Below the pieces are notes generated by a model that made no database searches, was not told the origin of the DNA, and saw only the letters and a program-made list of their open reading frames with translations. From Lama glama (taxonomy: Eukaryota), in assembly GCA_028534125.1 (NCBI GenBank), contig CM052837.1:36394001-36458000 (forward strand): DNA of 64,000 bases, in the 5' to 3' direction. Shown here piece by piece: positions 39,771 to 51,179 of the stretch (its first letter is position 1; each line of letters opens with the position of its first letter). Position numbers and translations under genes: made by a program.

Positions 39771-39801
39771 CAATAGAAGCCTGTGTTTGTTTTTCCCACA
39801 G

Positions 39802-39891
39802 AACTGGAGACAAGTGTGTGCTTCACTTTAAACCATGTGGACTGTTTGGAAAGGAACTTCACAAAGTGGAAGGCTACATTCAAGACAAAAA
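39802..39891 (+). CDS. OSBPL2: OSBPL2 exon 9
   Basis: cacag|AACTGG...CAAAAA|gtaggt; TGDKCVLHFKPCGLFGKELHKVEGYIQDK. Confidence 0.96.
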
Positions 39892-41597
39892 GTAGGTCCG
39901 CACGTGGGTTGGATCACGGGGTGCAGTGCCGCGTGCGTTCTCCACGAAAGATGGCATTGTGAGGGGGACGTCTGTCCGTGGTAGAAAAGTTACGACTCTT
40001 GTTCAGGAAACAGCATTTCTTCGCTGAGCACAAAGGAGACAGGGCTAAGCTAGGTGTGATTTCTCGGTGCGTGATGGAGCGGCTCCCCGCTCTTGAGGGT
40101 GAGAGATCTGGGCCTGTTTGGCTGTGATGAACTGGACGTGAGAGGTCAGACGTCTCCCTGTTGCCGGCGCCACGGCCGCACAGGCAGAGCGAGGTTTTAG
40201 AGTCCGACCCTGCGTGTCCTCCTCCTGCTGGCCTCGCTTGTCTGCTGTCAGGCGAGACGCGAAGCCCCGCTGACGAGCACTGTGCTCGTGTGGCTGCCTG
40301 TCCATCTGTGAGCCGGAGTCTTCCAGCGGTTTGGGGAGCAGAGGAATGGCCAGTACTATTTTAACAAATTTTCTGGGTTTCCCCCAGTTAGTTACCTCAT
40401 GTGTTAGGTCTCAAATTTCTCTCTTTTTTCAGTAAGTAGTTTGGGCCATATAATGGCTGTCAGACTCCTCCCAGCCCCTAACGTCTGTACATTCTCCAGC
40501 AGAAACAAGTCTCCAGGCCAAAGCGGTGGGCGCTCTTGCTCCACCTACCCTGGTGCCAGGCATTCATTTGTTCAGATGGCCTTAACATGCCTCTAGACTC
40601 AAGGTCAGACCACTGTACCCATTGAAATGCGTCAGGGCTCAGTGTGCGGACCTCACGGGACAGTGGTCCTGTTGGGACCAGCGTGGACAGCTCTGTGAGT
40701 GGCCTCCCCCTGCGGAATCCGCCCAGGGAGAGGCTGGTCAGCGCGTCCGCGGACACGACATCAGGGCCACGCCCCCCCAGCCCTCAGCGAGCCGTGCAGA
40801 CCCAGATCTGAGTTTCTGGTTTTCCACCCCAAATTGGACTGAGCTCCTTCCTAAAGTCCTCCAAGCTGGCTGCTGCAGGAAGCTGGCCACGACTCCCCAC
40901 CTGCCAGCTCTCCGGGCCGAGCCTCCGGGACACAGGTGCCCTCCTGGTATGTCCTGTAGCTAGTGGAGCAGAATTTCCAGGGATGGAGTGGCCACTGTGT
41001 TCTCTCCCCTCCAGGCAGAGGCAAAAAAGAAAAACAAGGGCCCAACACGGTTGGCATTGTTCCTTTGGAACCAGGCCGAGAGCTCCTGGTGGCTGATCTA
41101 GAAAGATCTCTGGAGGTTATTGCTAAATGAAAAGTGCAGGCGGGTGCCGACAGGGGCGTCCGCCTGTGGTCATGAAGATAAGACAGTGTCAGCTGAGCAG
41201 AAGGGCTGTGCGTGGCATTTATAGAAAAGGGCTGCAGGACGCGCGGCATGTGGAACTGTGGCGTGTCTTTGAGGCAGTAATCAGGCGCGTCAGCTGTTTC
41301 ACACCTGCCCCCGCCCTGTGCCCGCAGCCTGTCTTCCTCCCTTCTGGATTTTGTACCTTCATTTCTGCATTTCTGCTTTGGTGTGAGCACGAATAGTCAG
41401 TTTCAAACGGCATGAAAAGAGATGCTAGAATGCAGCGTTCCACCTTTGCTTTTGTGTCCAGTGATCTCCCTGAAGTTCATAAGAAGACGTGCCAGAACAG
41501 GGACTTAGTCCATGGTCAAAATTAAGGTGCTGCTTGCTTAGATGAAGAGTTTATAACTGCTGTGAACTTGGTTTTAAAACTCCCCCTTTGACCACAG

Positions 41598-41721
41598 CAG
41601 GAAGAAGCTCTTTATGATCTATGGCAAGTGGACGGAGTGTTTGTGGGGCGTGGACCCTGGTGCCTACGAGTCCTTCAGGAAGCAGGAGAGGAGAGGCGAC
41701 TCCCTGAGAAAGGTGAGGCCG
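41598..41721 (+). CDS. OSBPL2: OSBPL2 exon 10
   Basis: cacag|CAGGAAG...AGGCCG|gtaagg; RKKLFMIYGKWTECLWGVDP...LRKVRP. Alternative in-frame ends at 41601 and 41712 are possible. Confidence 0.92.
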
Positions 41722-42727
41722 GTAAGGGGCTGCCGGTGTGGGCGTCCCCGGCGGGGCGGGGGGGCCCATCCGATGGCCCGGGCCGGCCCTGCTGGAGGCC
41801 AGCTCTGGGGAGTGGCCGTGCCTGCCCCTCACTGGGGGTGCAGGGCCTTTGCAGCCTGGCTGGGAAGGAGCGATGCGCAGAGCCCCGTCTAAGAGTGAGG
41901 TGCCCGTCTGCCTGAGTCTCGGCAGGCGGGGAGTTTGCCTGCATCCTGGCCGTGTGAGGCTGCCCTTGGAACCCCGGCCCGGCTTCCCTGGGGCTCATCC
42001 TTCTGAGCATCTATCCCTCTGGGCCGTTTTTTCCTGGGTACTTACTGATAAATCTCCTGTCTCCCCGCACCCTGTTAGCTTTGACCTATTAAATGTCACG
42101 TGAATGTCATCTCTGCGTTTTCACTTCTGAAGACCAGGTCACATATCCAGCAGTCGGAAGATTTTGGCGAGCATATTTTGAAATACTGATTACCTTAAGA
42201 CTAGTTCTTCTTGAGCCTAAAATTGGGAGTCAGTTCAAAAGAGGTGTCATTTTTTTCTAGATAATAAATTAGAATGTACCAAACCCCAGGTGTTCAATAT
42301 TTATCTAACAAAATATTCAACCTCTGCTAGGACTTTCAGTGTGTTTTAATATCGTGTTATTTCGTGTGTGCCGTTAGACGTCTTTTAAAATAATGCTCTT
42401 TTAAGTTAAAACAAAGTTCCATTTAAAACTCTACAGTAGAACGTTGAATCTGCTTAGTGATGTCTCCTAAGCATTGGCTTAGCTTTCTTGCTCCTTTGGG
42501 CAACCTCAGGATGAGATGGAGGTTCTGTGGACACCTCTCGTTGAGCTGTGTCTTTCCTCAGCTTCTGGCATCAAACCACACCCCCACGGGCAGCGGTGCC
42601 AGGCCCTGCACCGGGTTGGGGGGGCGTCCCTGGCCGAGTCTGCCACCGTCTCAGTGTGCTCTCCTAACGGCTGCTTGAATGACCTCGCTCTTCCTTCTCC
42701 AGGTCCCACTGATTTTGACAAATGAGT

Positions 42728-42883
42728 NNNNNNNNNNNNNNNNNNNNNNNNNNNNNNNNNNNNNNNNNNNNNNNNNNNNNNNNNNNNNNNNNNNNNNNNN
42801 NNNNNNNNNNNNNNNNNNNNNNNNNNNNNNNNNNNNNNNNNNNNNNNNNNNNNNNNNNNNNNNNNNNNNNNNNNNNNNNNNNN
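42728..42883. other. Assembly gap (156 N)
   Basis: Run of N in OSBPL2 intron 10. Confidence 1.
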
Positions 42884-43224
42884 CCCCCAGTTGCATCTTT
42901 TCATTAAGATGCGCTCTCCAGTTGGGGTTCGGGCTAGAAAGGCTAAGATACCGTGAAATCAGCCAGTATGGCTCCCTTCTCGGCTGAGAGCAGAACCACG
43001 GCCTGTGGGGAGGCCCTCGGCCCAGACGTGACCGCTCAGGAGATTTACCCTGAGCTGTCTGAGACGGTGTCCCCCCACCCAGTGGTGGTCAGACTCCGGA
43101 GACCATGCCCCCAAGGAGAGGGCGAGCAGTCCTCTGTGCTCACCCTGCGCGGGGCTGGGAGCTGGTGCTGGGGAGCCCGGGAGAGCTGCGCTCTGGTCAC
43201 CACACTGGGTGCTCTGTCTCTCAG

Positions 43225-43353
43225 GACGACGTCCCCGAGAAGGCTGATGGCGATGTGGTGGACGCCGTGCCGGAGGCGCAGGACACCGTGCAGGTCATTC
43301 CAGGCAGCAAGCTGCTCTGGAGGGTCAACACCCGGCCCCCTAACTCCGCGCAG
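43225..43353 (+). CDS. OSBPL2: OSBPL2 exon 11
   Basis: ctcag|GACGAC...GCGCAG|gtgcgt; DDVPEKADG...VIPGSKLLWRVNTRPPNSAQ. Confidence 0.95.
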
Positions 43354-44712
43354 GTGCGTGCCCCGCCCCCCTCCCCGCCTGCCAGCTGCCTCGGGCCATC
43401 GTCCCAGAGCAGAGAGTCCCTTGTAACCTGGGGGCTCCCTGCCCTCACAGAGCCAGGTCCTGACCCCGCCCAACGCATCACGGTGACACTCGGCCCATGC
43501 ACACACCACAGTACCCGCGCCACACTGCGTGCCCTGGGTCTACACTGGCAGCACCTGACCGAAATAGTTTCCAAATTGATTTTGAGGATATCTCTCTGAC
43601 TTGTCTATTTAGGTGCTTAAATACATTTTGATACTTATTTTGGAAAATTGCGCTTATAATTTGGGTTACATCTAATACATTTGTTATATTACATACAATG
43701 ATGTAGAATATGTAAAAATAATGCAATGATTGAATATAATAACGTGTAATGAATTACACGTTATTTTAGTGTGTAAGTTGTATGTTGTTTGTATATATAA
43801 TACATATACAACGTACGTTAAATTTTTCTTATATCACATCCTATAAGCAAAGCACAGTGTGTAAAATAAAGGAAACAAAATGAAACATTCACCGATAAAT
43901 ACGTTACCTCAGCACAGCCACTGTTGTAACTTTAGTAGAATACAAGATAGTATAAAATAATAGGGAAAAAAAGCTGATGTTGAAAAATGGCGCTCCATCC
44001 CTTGGCTCTGCGAGTATTTACTGAGTCGGCGCGAGTGGGCCCAGTCGCTGGGGGCGGGACAAGCAGAGAAGAGGCAGGTGAGGACCCAGCCCCCGGCCCC
44101 ACAGGGAGGCCGGGCCGTTAGGAGGTGCCTGGGGAGCAGGCCGGCGTGGGGCCTGGGGTGCTGGCGTCAGTGCTGATGGAGTGGCAGGTGGGCCTCCTTG
44201 GGACGGGGAGACGTTGAGCAAGGACCTGGGGGGGCAGGGCGGACCGTGTGGCTACTGGGCCTTGGTCGGGCAGAGGGGGCGGCCGGGGCCCGAGCAGGAG
44301 CTCCACTGTCCGTGGGGCACCATGGGGTCATTTGAGCAGCGAGGGGACCCGTGGGCAAGAACAGAAGGGGGCGTCCAGGGGGAGGCGGGTCCCAGGGTCC
44401 CGGCTGTCAGAGGTGCTGAGTTTGTTTCTCTCAGACACCACAGGAGACTGAGCAGACAGCCGTGCAGACTGCAAGTCAGGGTGCGGGTCTGGGCAACCTA
44501 AGAAGGGAGACCCCCCAGGGGTTGGAGGGGAGCCCCCAGAGCCAACCCAGCAAGCACATGTCCTGCCCTGGGCGACCTTGACAGGAGCACCTCCAGTGAC
44601 CCAGTGATGCTCACTGCTTTGAAGAGGTTCAGAGTGTCTGTGGCTTCGAGTTGTGAGCGGTGCACAGAAGAGGGCACCGTTGATGGCGACACCCCTGTCC
44701 CTGTCCCTGCAG

Positions 44713-44836
44713 ATGTATAACTTCACCAGCTTCACGGTCAGCCTCAACGAGCTGCACACAGGCATGGAGAAGATCCTGGCGCCCACAGACTGCCGCCTGC
44801 GCCCCGACATCCGAGGGATGGAGAACGGCAACATGG
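44713..44836 (+). CDS. OSBPL2: OSBPL2 exon 12
   Basis: ctgcag|ATGTAT...CATGG|gtgcgt; [14 protein letters not shown]...[18 protein letters not shown]. Confidence 0.97.
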
Positions 44837-45184
44837 GTGCGTCTCCGGCAGGGGCGGGCGTGTGCGTGGCGGGGCGGGGGAGCCGGGGCGCCCAGGCCTG
44901 GCTGAACCTGCAGATGCAGGAAGAGGGATGCAGTTGGTTCAACTAAACAAGCAAGCGTTAGACCTTCTAGGACAGTGCTGCCCGGATGCCTGTGGCGAAC
45001 GAGAAAATGCCTAGCCTGGCCCAGACCAGTCCTCTTATAAATAAGATTGCATTACTAGAAACATGGAATGAAAATGAATACCTACAAGATCCAAGTCTCC
45101 TATTTTCTTTGTAGGTTCGATAGAGAATAAGGTGATATTTCAAAAACCAGACATGTTATTTAAAAGCCATGCAGCATGTGAGCA

Positions 45185-45345
45185 ACAGGGGATTCAGGGC
45201 CACCGACTGTTATGTATAAAAGGAGCAACAAGGGCGCATCGAGCAGCACAGGGCGTGCAGCCAGCGCCTTGCGATCATTACAAGTGGAGCGTGACCTTTA
45301 GCAACTGCGCATCAGTGTATTGTCCACTGTAACTTACATATGAGA
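45185..45345 (+). mobile_element. Short L1 3'UTR fragment of laurasiatherian/artiodactyl type
   Basis: tatgtataaaa...caagg...cagcacaggg...tggag..tgacctttag...tattgtccactgtaactta follows the remembered consensus. Confidence 0.6.
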
Positions 45346-46224
45346 AAAGAAAGGAAAAAGGAAAATGACGACTCAGGTTGAACTGAGGAGTGAAGGGGAA
45401 AGAAAGGGGAATACACTGGTTTGTGGCTTACAGCCCCCAGGGTGGAGTTAATGATTCTGTTTAAACAGACGCAGATTGAAGGTTTTGTTTTAAGTTCCGG
45501 TTTTAACGATAACCTTTAGATCAAAAATAAAGAGTTTTCCAAGTATTAGAATAAACACACGTTCAAATAAAAAGGTCACGCATCAGGGAAGCCCCTGATC
45601 CGGTCAGCCCCGGGGCTGTGACAGATGCTGGTCCCACGCTGGCCCCTCTCTGCGAGGACGCTGACCGGCCGGGGGCCCCTGTGCTTGCTTCCTGCACGTG
45701 GCTTGCCGTCGGCCAGGCCAGGCGCCACATCTGTCGTGTGACCGGGGTGTGTCCCGGTGGCTCCAGTAAAGGAAGTGCTTGTGGAGGAGGCTGATGGGTG
45801 GCTCCCCGCTCCTTCCAGTGAGGCCGGTGGTGCCTCGGGAACCAGCACAGCAGTGCCCCCCAGGGTCGAAGGTCCGGTGGCCCGTCATCCCTGAGGGTGG
45901 TGGCCCTGCGCTGTGCCCCGGGGGTCACCACAGGCGCCGCCCCGAGGGGAGACAGGCCGCCGAGCCGCCCACCTGCCCTTGGTGTCCAGGAACGCACTAC
46001 CCGTCCAGCCCGCTGTGCCGAGGTCTGGGCCTCGCCGCGTCCTGCTCTCAGGCCTGGTTTCCTGTGACGGAATTTACGTCTGTGGTTTCTTCCCCTAAGT
46101 GCGGCTTCTCACCTGGGGTCGGAGAGGGGTCCCGTGTGTGCTGTCTCAGCCCCCGGCCTGCTCGACGTGCACCCGACATGCCTGCCACCTGAGTCCTCAC
46201 CCTGACCCTGTGCTTGCGCCCTAG

Positions 46225-46315
46225 ACCTGGCAAGCCAAGAGAAGGAGCGGCTGGAGGAGAAGCAGAGGGAGGCCCGGCGGGAGCGGGCCAGGGAGGAGGC
46301 CGAGTGGCAGACGCG
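46225..46315 (+). CDS. OSBPL2: OSBPL2 exon 13
   Basis: cctag|ACCTGG...ACGCG|gtgagg; DLASQEKERLEEKQREARRERAREEAEWQT. Confidence 0.96.
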
Positions 46316-46377
46316 GTGAGGCACCCATTGGCCACGGGCGGGGAGGGGCATGGACACCTACTCACCCGGGGGGCGTG

Positions 46378-46562
46378 AGGGGGCCCACACCCCCCACCTG
46401 GGGCAGAGATGGGGGCCCACACCACCCCCCCACCTGGGGCAGAGGGGGGTCCACATAACCCCCCCACCTGGGGCAGAGGGGGGCCCACACCCCCCCCACC
46501 TGGGGCAGAGGGGGGTCCACATAACCCCCCCACCTGGGGCAGAGGGGGGCCCACACCCACCC
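46378..46562. repeat. GC-rich minisatellite, about 5.5 units of 32-36 bp, in OSBPL2 intron 13
   Basis: The core cacctggggcagag starts at 46395, 46431, 46465, 46497 and 46531. Confidence 0.95.
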
Positions 46563-46664
46563 TGGTGCTGCCTACCTAGAGGGGTCACACTGAGCTGAAG
46601 AAAAGACCAACGGCCATGTGTCCCTGTGTCCGCTGGCTTGCTGACCACCTCCTCTGTGTCGCAG

Positions 46665-46767
46665 GTGGTTTCACCGAGGCAGTAACCCTTATACCGGGAC
46701 CCCCGACTGGCTGTACACAGGGGGCTACTTTGAGCGGGATTTCTCAGGCTGCCCAGACATCTACTGA
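46665..46767 (+). CDS. OSBPL2: OSBPL2 exon 14 coding part, to TGA
   Basis: cgcag|GTGGTTT...ATCTACTGA; WFHRGSNPYTGTPDWLYTGGYFERDFSGCPDIY*. Confidence 0.96.
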
Positions 46768-47906
46768 GGGGCTGGACCGACCCCCGGACCCGAGACTGAG
46801 AGGCTGGCCTCTGTCGAGCGGCTGCTCTGACCTTCGGTCATGGCAGAAACCAGCTTTTCCAAGGGCTGTTCGTGGAGATAGCACTGTCCCTGGTTGAGGA
46901 TTTAATTCTAATTAACTATTGATTGCCAAACATTTTACTACTGTTGCAGTCTCTTCATAAAGCTTCACTTGGGATCATCATATTTCCATTAAGGTTTGAA
47001 AAGGAAAATTCTTACAGCTCCCTTTCATGTGACAGAGGCCGGCTGGGCTCGCTTAGCTTACAGCACCCTCTTAATTATTAAAGTTATAACTGAAGGAAGT
47101 AGCAGGCAGGGGTCCACATTCCTCCTTGCCATGCAGCGACAGAGGGCTTCTGAAAGCGTTTGAATGTGAAGCAGTAACAGGAAAAGATGGATCCTAACCC
47201 TGCACGCAGCTTCACAAAGGCTGGGAGTCGCTGTCTAAATTGTGGTGACCCCAAAGTGAAGGTTTTCAAAGCGTCAGATTGAAAGAAATGAAAAGTTGTC
47301 AGAGTCTGTATTTTTTACCAGTCTTCAATAATGTAAAGATTACTTTTAAAATATTTAAGTTAAAACTGCTTGAATAGTATTTTGCTGAAGAGCAAGGTAC
47401 GTGTTAATCACCACTCGTACACTGTCCAAAATGAAGCGTTACCACGACAACCGAGGGTGGCCCGCTACACCGAGTCCTTGACCGAAGGTCCCCAGCCGGC
47501 TCCCGACCCTGAAGGGAGCCCGCCTCCGGCCATGGCTGCCCCTCTTGTCACCGGGGCCCCAGTCCCCGCAGGCCATGCCCCGCCACAAGCAGGAGTCCTC
47601 GCTCACGTCCACCTGTCCCCACGGCCCTCGTGGCCCCGTCTCCCCAGCATGCACGTATGGAACACACGGGCCTGGGCCGGGCACCGGGGGAGGGCCGAGC
47701 GGATTGCATCCGGCTGTGCCGTCCGTCTCTGCACGGTCTGCGCCCAGTGATCGACCTCTGTCTGCAGACAAGCCAGCCCCGTCCACGCTAGAGCTCTTTG
47801 AATGGAAGACAGTCTCACGCATGTGCACATGCAGTTGTGTGGAGCGGTGGGTTCTCAGCGAGAGGGTGTCGTCATTGTGTGTCCAAGCTCCAAAACCACA
47901 TTTGTA

Positions 47907-47912
47907 ATTAAA
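47907..47912 (+). terminator. Candidate OSBPL2 polyadenylation signal (ATTAAA)
   Basis: ATTAAA 1.14 kb after the stop, preceded by TGTA. Alternatives are ATTAAA at 47077 and AATAAA at 50284; the sequence alone cannot decide between them. Confidence 0.5.
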
Positions 47913-50900
47913 ACACTTTGAAAAGTGAATCCTTGTTCTGAAGGCTGATTCTGTCCCTTTGGAGACCAGGAGCGTGGTGTGGTGTCAAATCTGGGAGCAT
48001 GTACCCAATGGGACCTGCACGGGTGGCTGGCGACCGGCAGAGGCCTCCGAGGACACGTGGTTTGACATTACGCAGAGAGGAGATGTTGAGACACCTGGGC
48101 GCTAGGATGGGAGCTGCCAGCCTCTGAGTGGGGAGACGCAGCCAAGCCAGCCTCCTGCAGGAAGGGGTGAGCCAGGGGTGCCGAGGGGGCAGCGCAGGAC
48201 ACGTCTCCAACAGCTTGGCAGCTTCCGTGGATCCTGTTTTTCGGCACCTCCAGGAATTTGTCGTCTGGCTTGCATCTCTGGGTCCTCCCTGAGGTCAGGT
48301 TCCAGAGTGTGGCTGGTTCAAGAGTCAAAGGAGAAAGGGCAGGACGGCTGTGGACACGGAAGCTCGGCCATTACGGTTCTAAGAAAGTTTCTCCATGGAA
48401 GATGCTCTTTAAAGGACGCCCACCCACAACAGGCGTGTTTGGCCCATGTGGGAAGTGGTGGCCTTGCTATTGGCCCCCATTGTGACTGTGGCTTTGACAA
48501 AGGGCCTGGGGGCTCTTTAGAGCCATCCTGTAACTCAGGACATCCTTAGGGGGTAAAAAGCAGAGCACACTTTTCCCAAGGAACTTCATGTTTTGGTTGT
48601 ACTCCTTTGAAGGTGGGATTCAGTTACATGTCCACTGATTCAGTGGACACTTACCGCGAACCATTGGGGGGGTCAGCCATGCGAGGCAGACATGTCAGAG
48701 CACATTTCATGGAAATGTGAGTGTTAGGCACATGCTGGTGCTGGCTGGATTTAACAGGCCGCCTGGCGTCTGGTCATGGCTCGGTTGCTGGGCCACATAG
48801 GTCTGGCCCAGGAGGGGCACTGTTCTCCGGGTGGGGTCAAGGGTCAGGGCATCACCGGCACCGGTGGGCTCCTTGCTTGGGCATGGCCCCATGACGAGAA
48901 GGTCGCAGAGAAGCAGGCCCTGGCCCTCACCACTTCACCGCGCTTCGCTACAAAAGCCAGAACCCTGCAAGTTACCTCTGGGCTCTGAGGGGCACAGGAG
49001 AGGTGTCCCTGCTTCTCTGCAGGATCACAGGTCTTGCCGGGTGGCGGCCGAATGTGACCGTGTGTTACCACAGCTGCCACAGAGACACGGAAGCCTGAAG
49101 TGGCCCCAGGCAGGTTTTCCTGGCCACCGTCTCCCTTTCAGACTGTCCCCAAAGCTCATGATGCCTGTGTTCTGAAAGGATCTGCCCGGCACACAATCTG
49201 GGGCGAGGAGACAATGTGGGCCCAGCAGGCCCAGCACTCGGAGAAGCACCAAGCGCAGCACTGGTGGCTGTGGGGAGCCCTGGGCTGGCCCCGGGCCGAG
49301 GCCACTGGCCACTTGTCAAGTGAATTCAGAGCTACACTGCTGGGGAGGCATTAACCACAAGCACAGGCGACATGCCACCTGCTTGCTGGGTCCCCATCAG
49401 GACACAGGTCAGGAAATCAGAGCAGGAGGAGAGAAAGGCCGGGAGTCTCCCCGAGAGCCAGCCAGCCCTCCCATCACCCCAGCGAGAAGCTTCCTCGCAG
49501 AACTCCTGCTCCTGGGGAAAGTGCTCCCCACAGAGAGGGAGATTCACAAGGCCCACGTCTCCACGAGGAACAGCGAAACGAAGAAACGGTGTACAATGCT
49601 GGTAAGCTTCCCCGAATCAGACGCCCCAGCGCCCTCGCCCTGCTAAGCTGCGCGGCCGGGGGGAGGGCGCAGCACCTGCAGAGCCGTCTCCTGCTTGGAA
49701 CTGACGCCTGGCCGCACAGGCGCGTTCTGTCGGCAGAAAGGTCTCCCTAGTCCTGGCGTCTCCTGTCTCAACATGGAGACCTCCAGACACCTTCCAGAGC
49801 ACCCTTCTGTGTCCACAGTGGGCATGAAGACTGGGGGCCTCCAATCACAGAGCCCGTGCACGTGCCCGCAGCACGTCGGCGGGCCTCGCCGCCTCCCACG
49901 TTCTGCCTGTGAGGGTTTTGCAGAGTGAAAATGCCATCTCGGTGTCTCTTGGTGCGAGTTGCCGGGACACACTGCTCCTTTGCCTCTTTGGGAACCGACT
50001 GTCCTGGGCCAGACGTTTAGGGAAGGGCTACCCGGTCTCCGCGGAGGATGACCGTGCAGACGGGAGCCTCCCTCCATTGCTGTGCGTGTGCTGGGCTGGT
50101 CTCCACTGCACGGTTCAGCCTGCCAGCACTACACGAAGTGTCAGGCAAGAAGGGATGCTGGTGAATGGGGATTGATCTGAACGCTTTGACGATCTGTAGT
50201 AACGGTCAATATTCATCTGTATTCTCAGATTCTTTTGGGGGACTGGACAGAACCGTGGAGAGAAGTCTTAAACCCGAGCTCAGAATAAAGATTCTTTGAA
50301 AATGGGCGGTAGCTGACATTTGTCTTGCACTGAACAATTTTCCACCATCTCGGTGACCCCGGCCCCTCTGGGAAGGACTGCGCGTGGGCTGTGGACATGT
50401 CCTCGAGCCACAGCATCAGGCGTTTGGCCTGTGTGTCCTGTAGGACTGGCCCAGCGGACGGGACGGATTGTTTCAGAAGACTGCTCATTACAGCAGAGGG
50501 GATTCGGGGACACCTGGGACACTGTCAGGTGGTCCCCGTGAAGGATGAAGAGGTCGGGGCTGTCTGAGCCGCCGGCAGCCCTGACTGACCATCTGTCTCT
50601 CTCCTGGGGCTCGGACCCCATGGCTGGAAGCAGGAAATGCCCAGAATGAGGTGTGAGTGACTCCGGGTCCCTGTGCCCCACCGCTGCCCTTGGCGCCCAG
50701 AAGCTGTGTGCTTCGCAGGAGGCACTGTTCCCAGCAGCCACGGTGGCTCCGGGCAAAGGGACAGACAGTCCACGCAGCTGTAATGCCCTCGGCAGGCCCA
50801 GGTGCATGGATGCGGGGCTCCGCTGTGTCTGATGCTGGGAGCACAGAGTCCTGAGCCCTGACAGAGCCCGGGTCTGGTGTCCTGGGTGCTTAATCCCCAC

Positions 50901-51179
50901 AATTACCATCCAGTCCAACCCACTGAGGAGGAAAGCGTGGCTCGCCTGAGCTTCACAGCAGGTGAGTGGAATCCAGCCCCCCCATTCAGGGACGCTCGCC
51001 CTGCGTGCAGCTGACAAGCTCACACCATCTCGTAACCGCCAGCACGGTCACGCACAGTTAGGTGACGAGCGTTTCGAGACCACTCCCGGGGGGGAAGGAC
51101 TGTCTCCTCCACAAGTGTGCAGGGACCCGGGTGTCCCCGCGCGGAGGGACGGCGCTGAGCCGACCTCGCGTACGAAAGC

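Larger units (their letters stand above)
10745..47930 (+). other. OSBPL2: OSBPL2 gene span (14 exons; both ends approximate)
   Basis: 13 GT-AG-bounded coding exons of 37+145+76+135+98+183+108+90+124+129+124+91+103 = 1443 nt give an open 480-aa ORP2 (MNGEEEFFDAVT...FSGCPDIY*). TSS and polyA site are inferred. Confidence 0.97.

Noticed and set aside
46378-46562. CTCF site array in the minisatellite
   Set aside because: CCACCTGGGGCAG is one G short of, and mismatched to, the CCACCAGGGGGC core.
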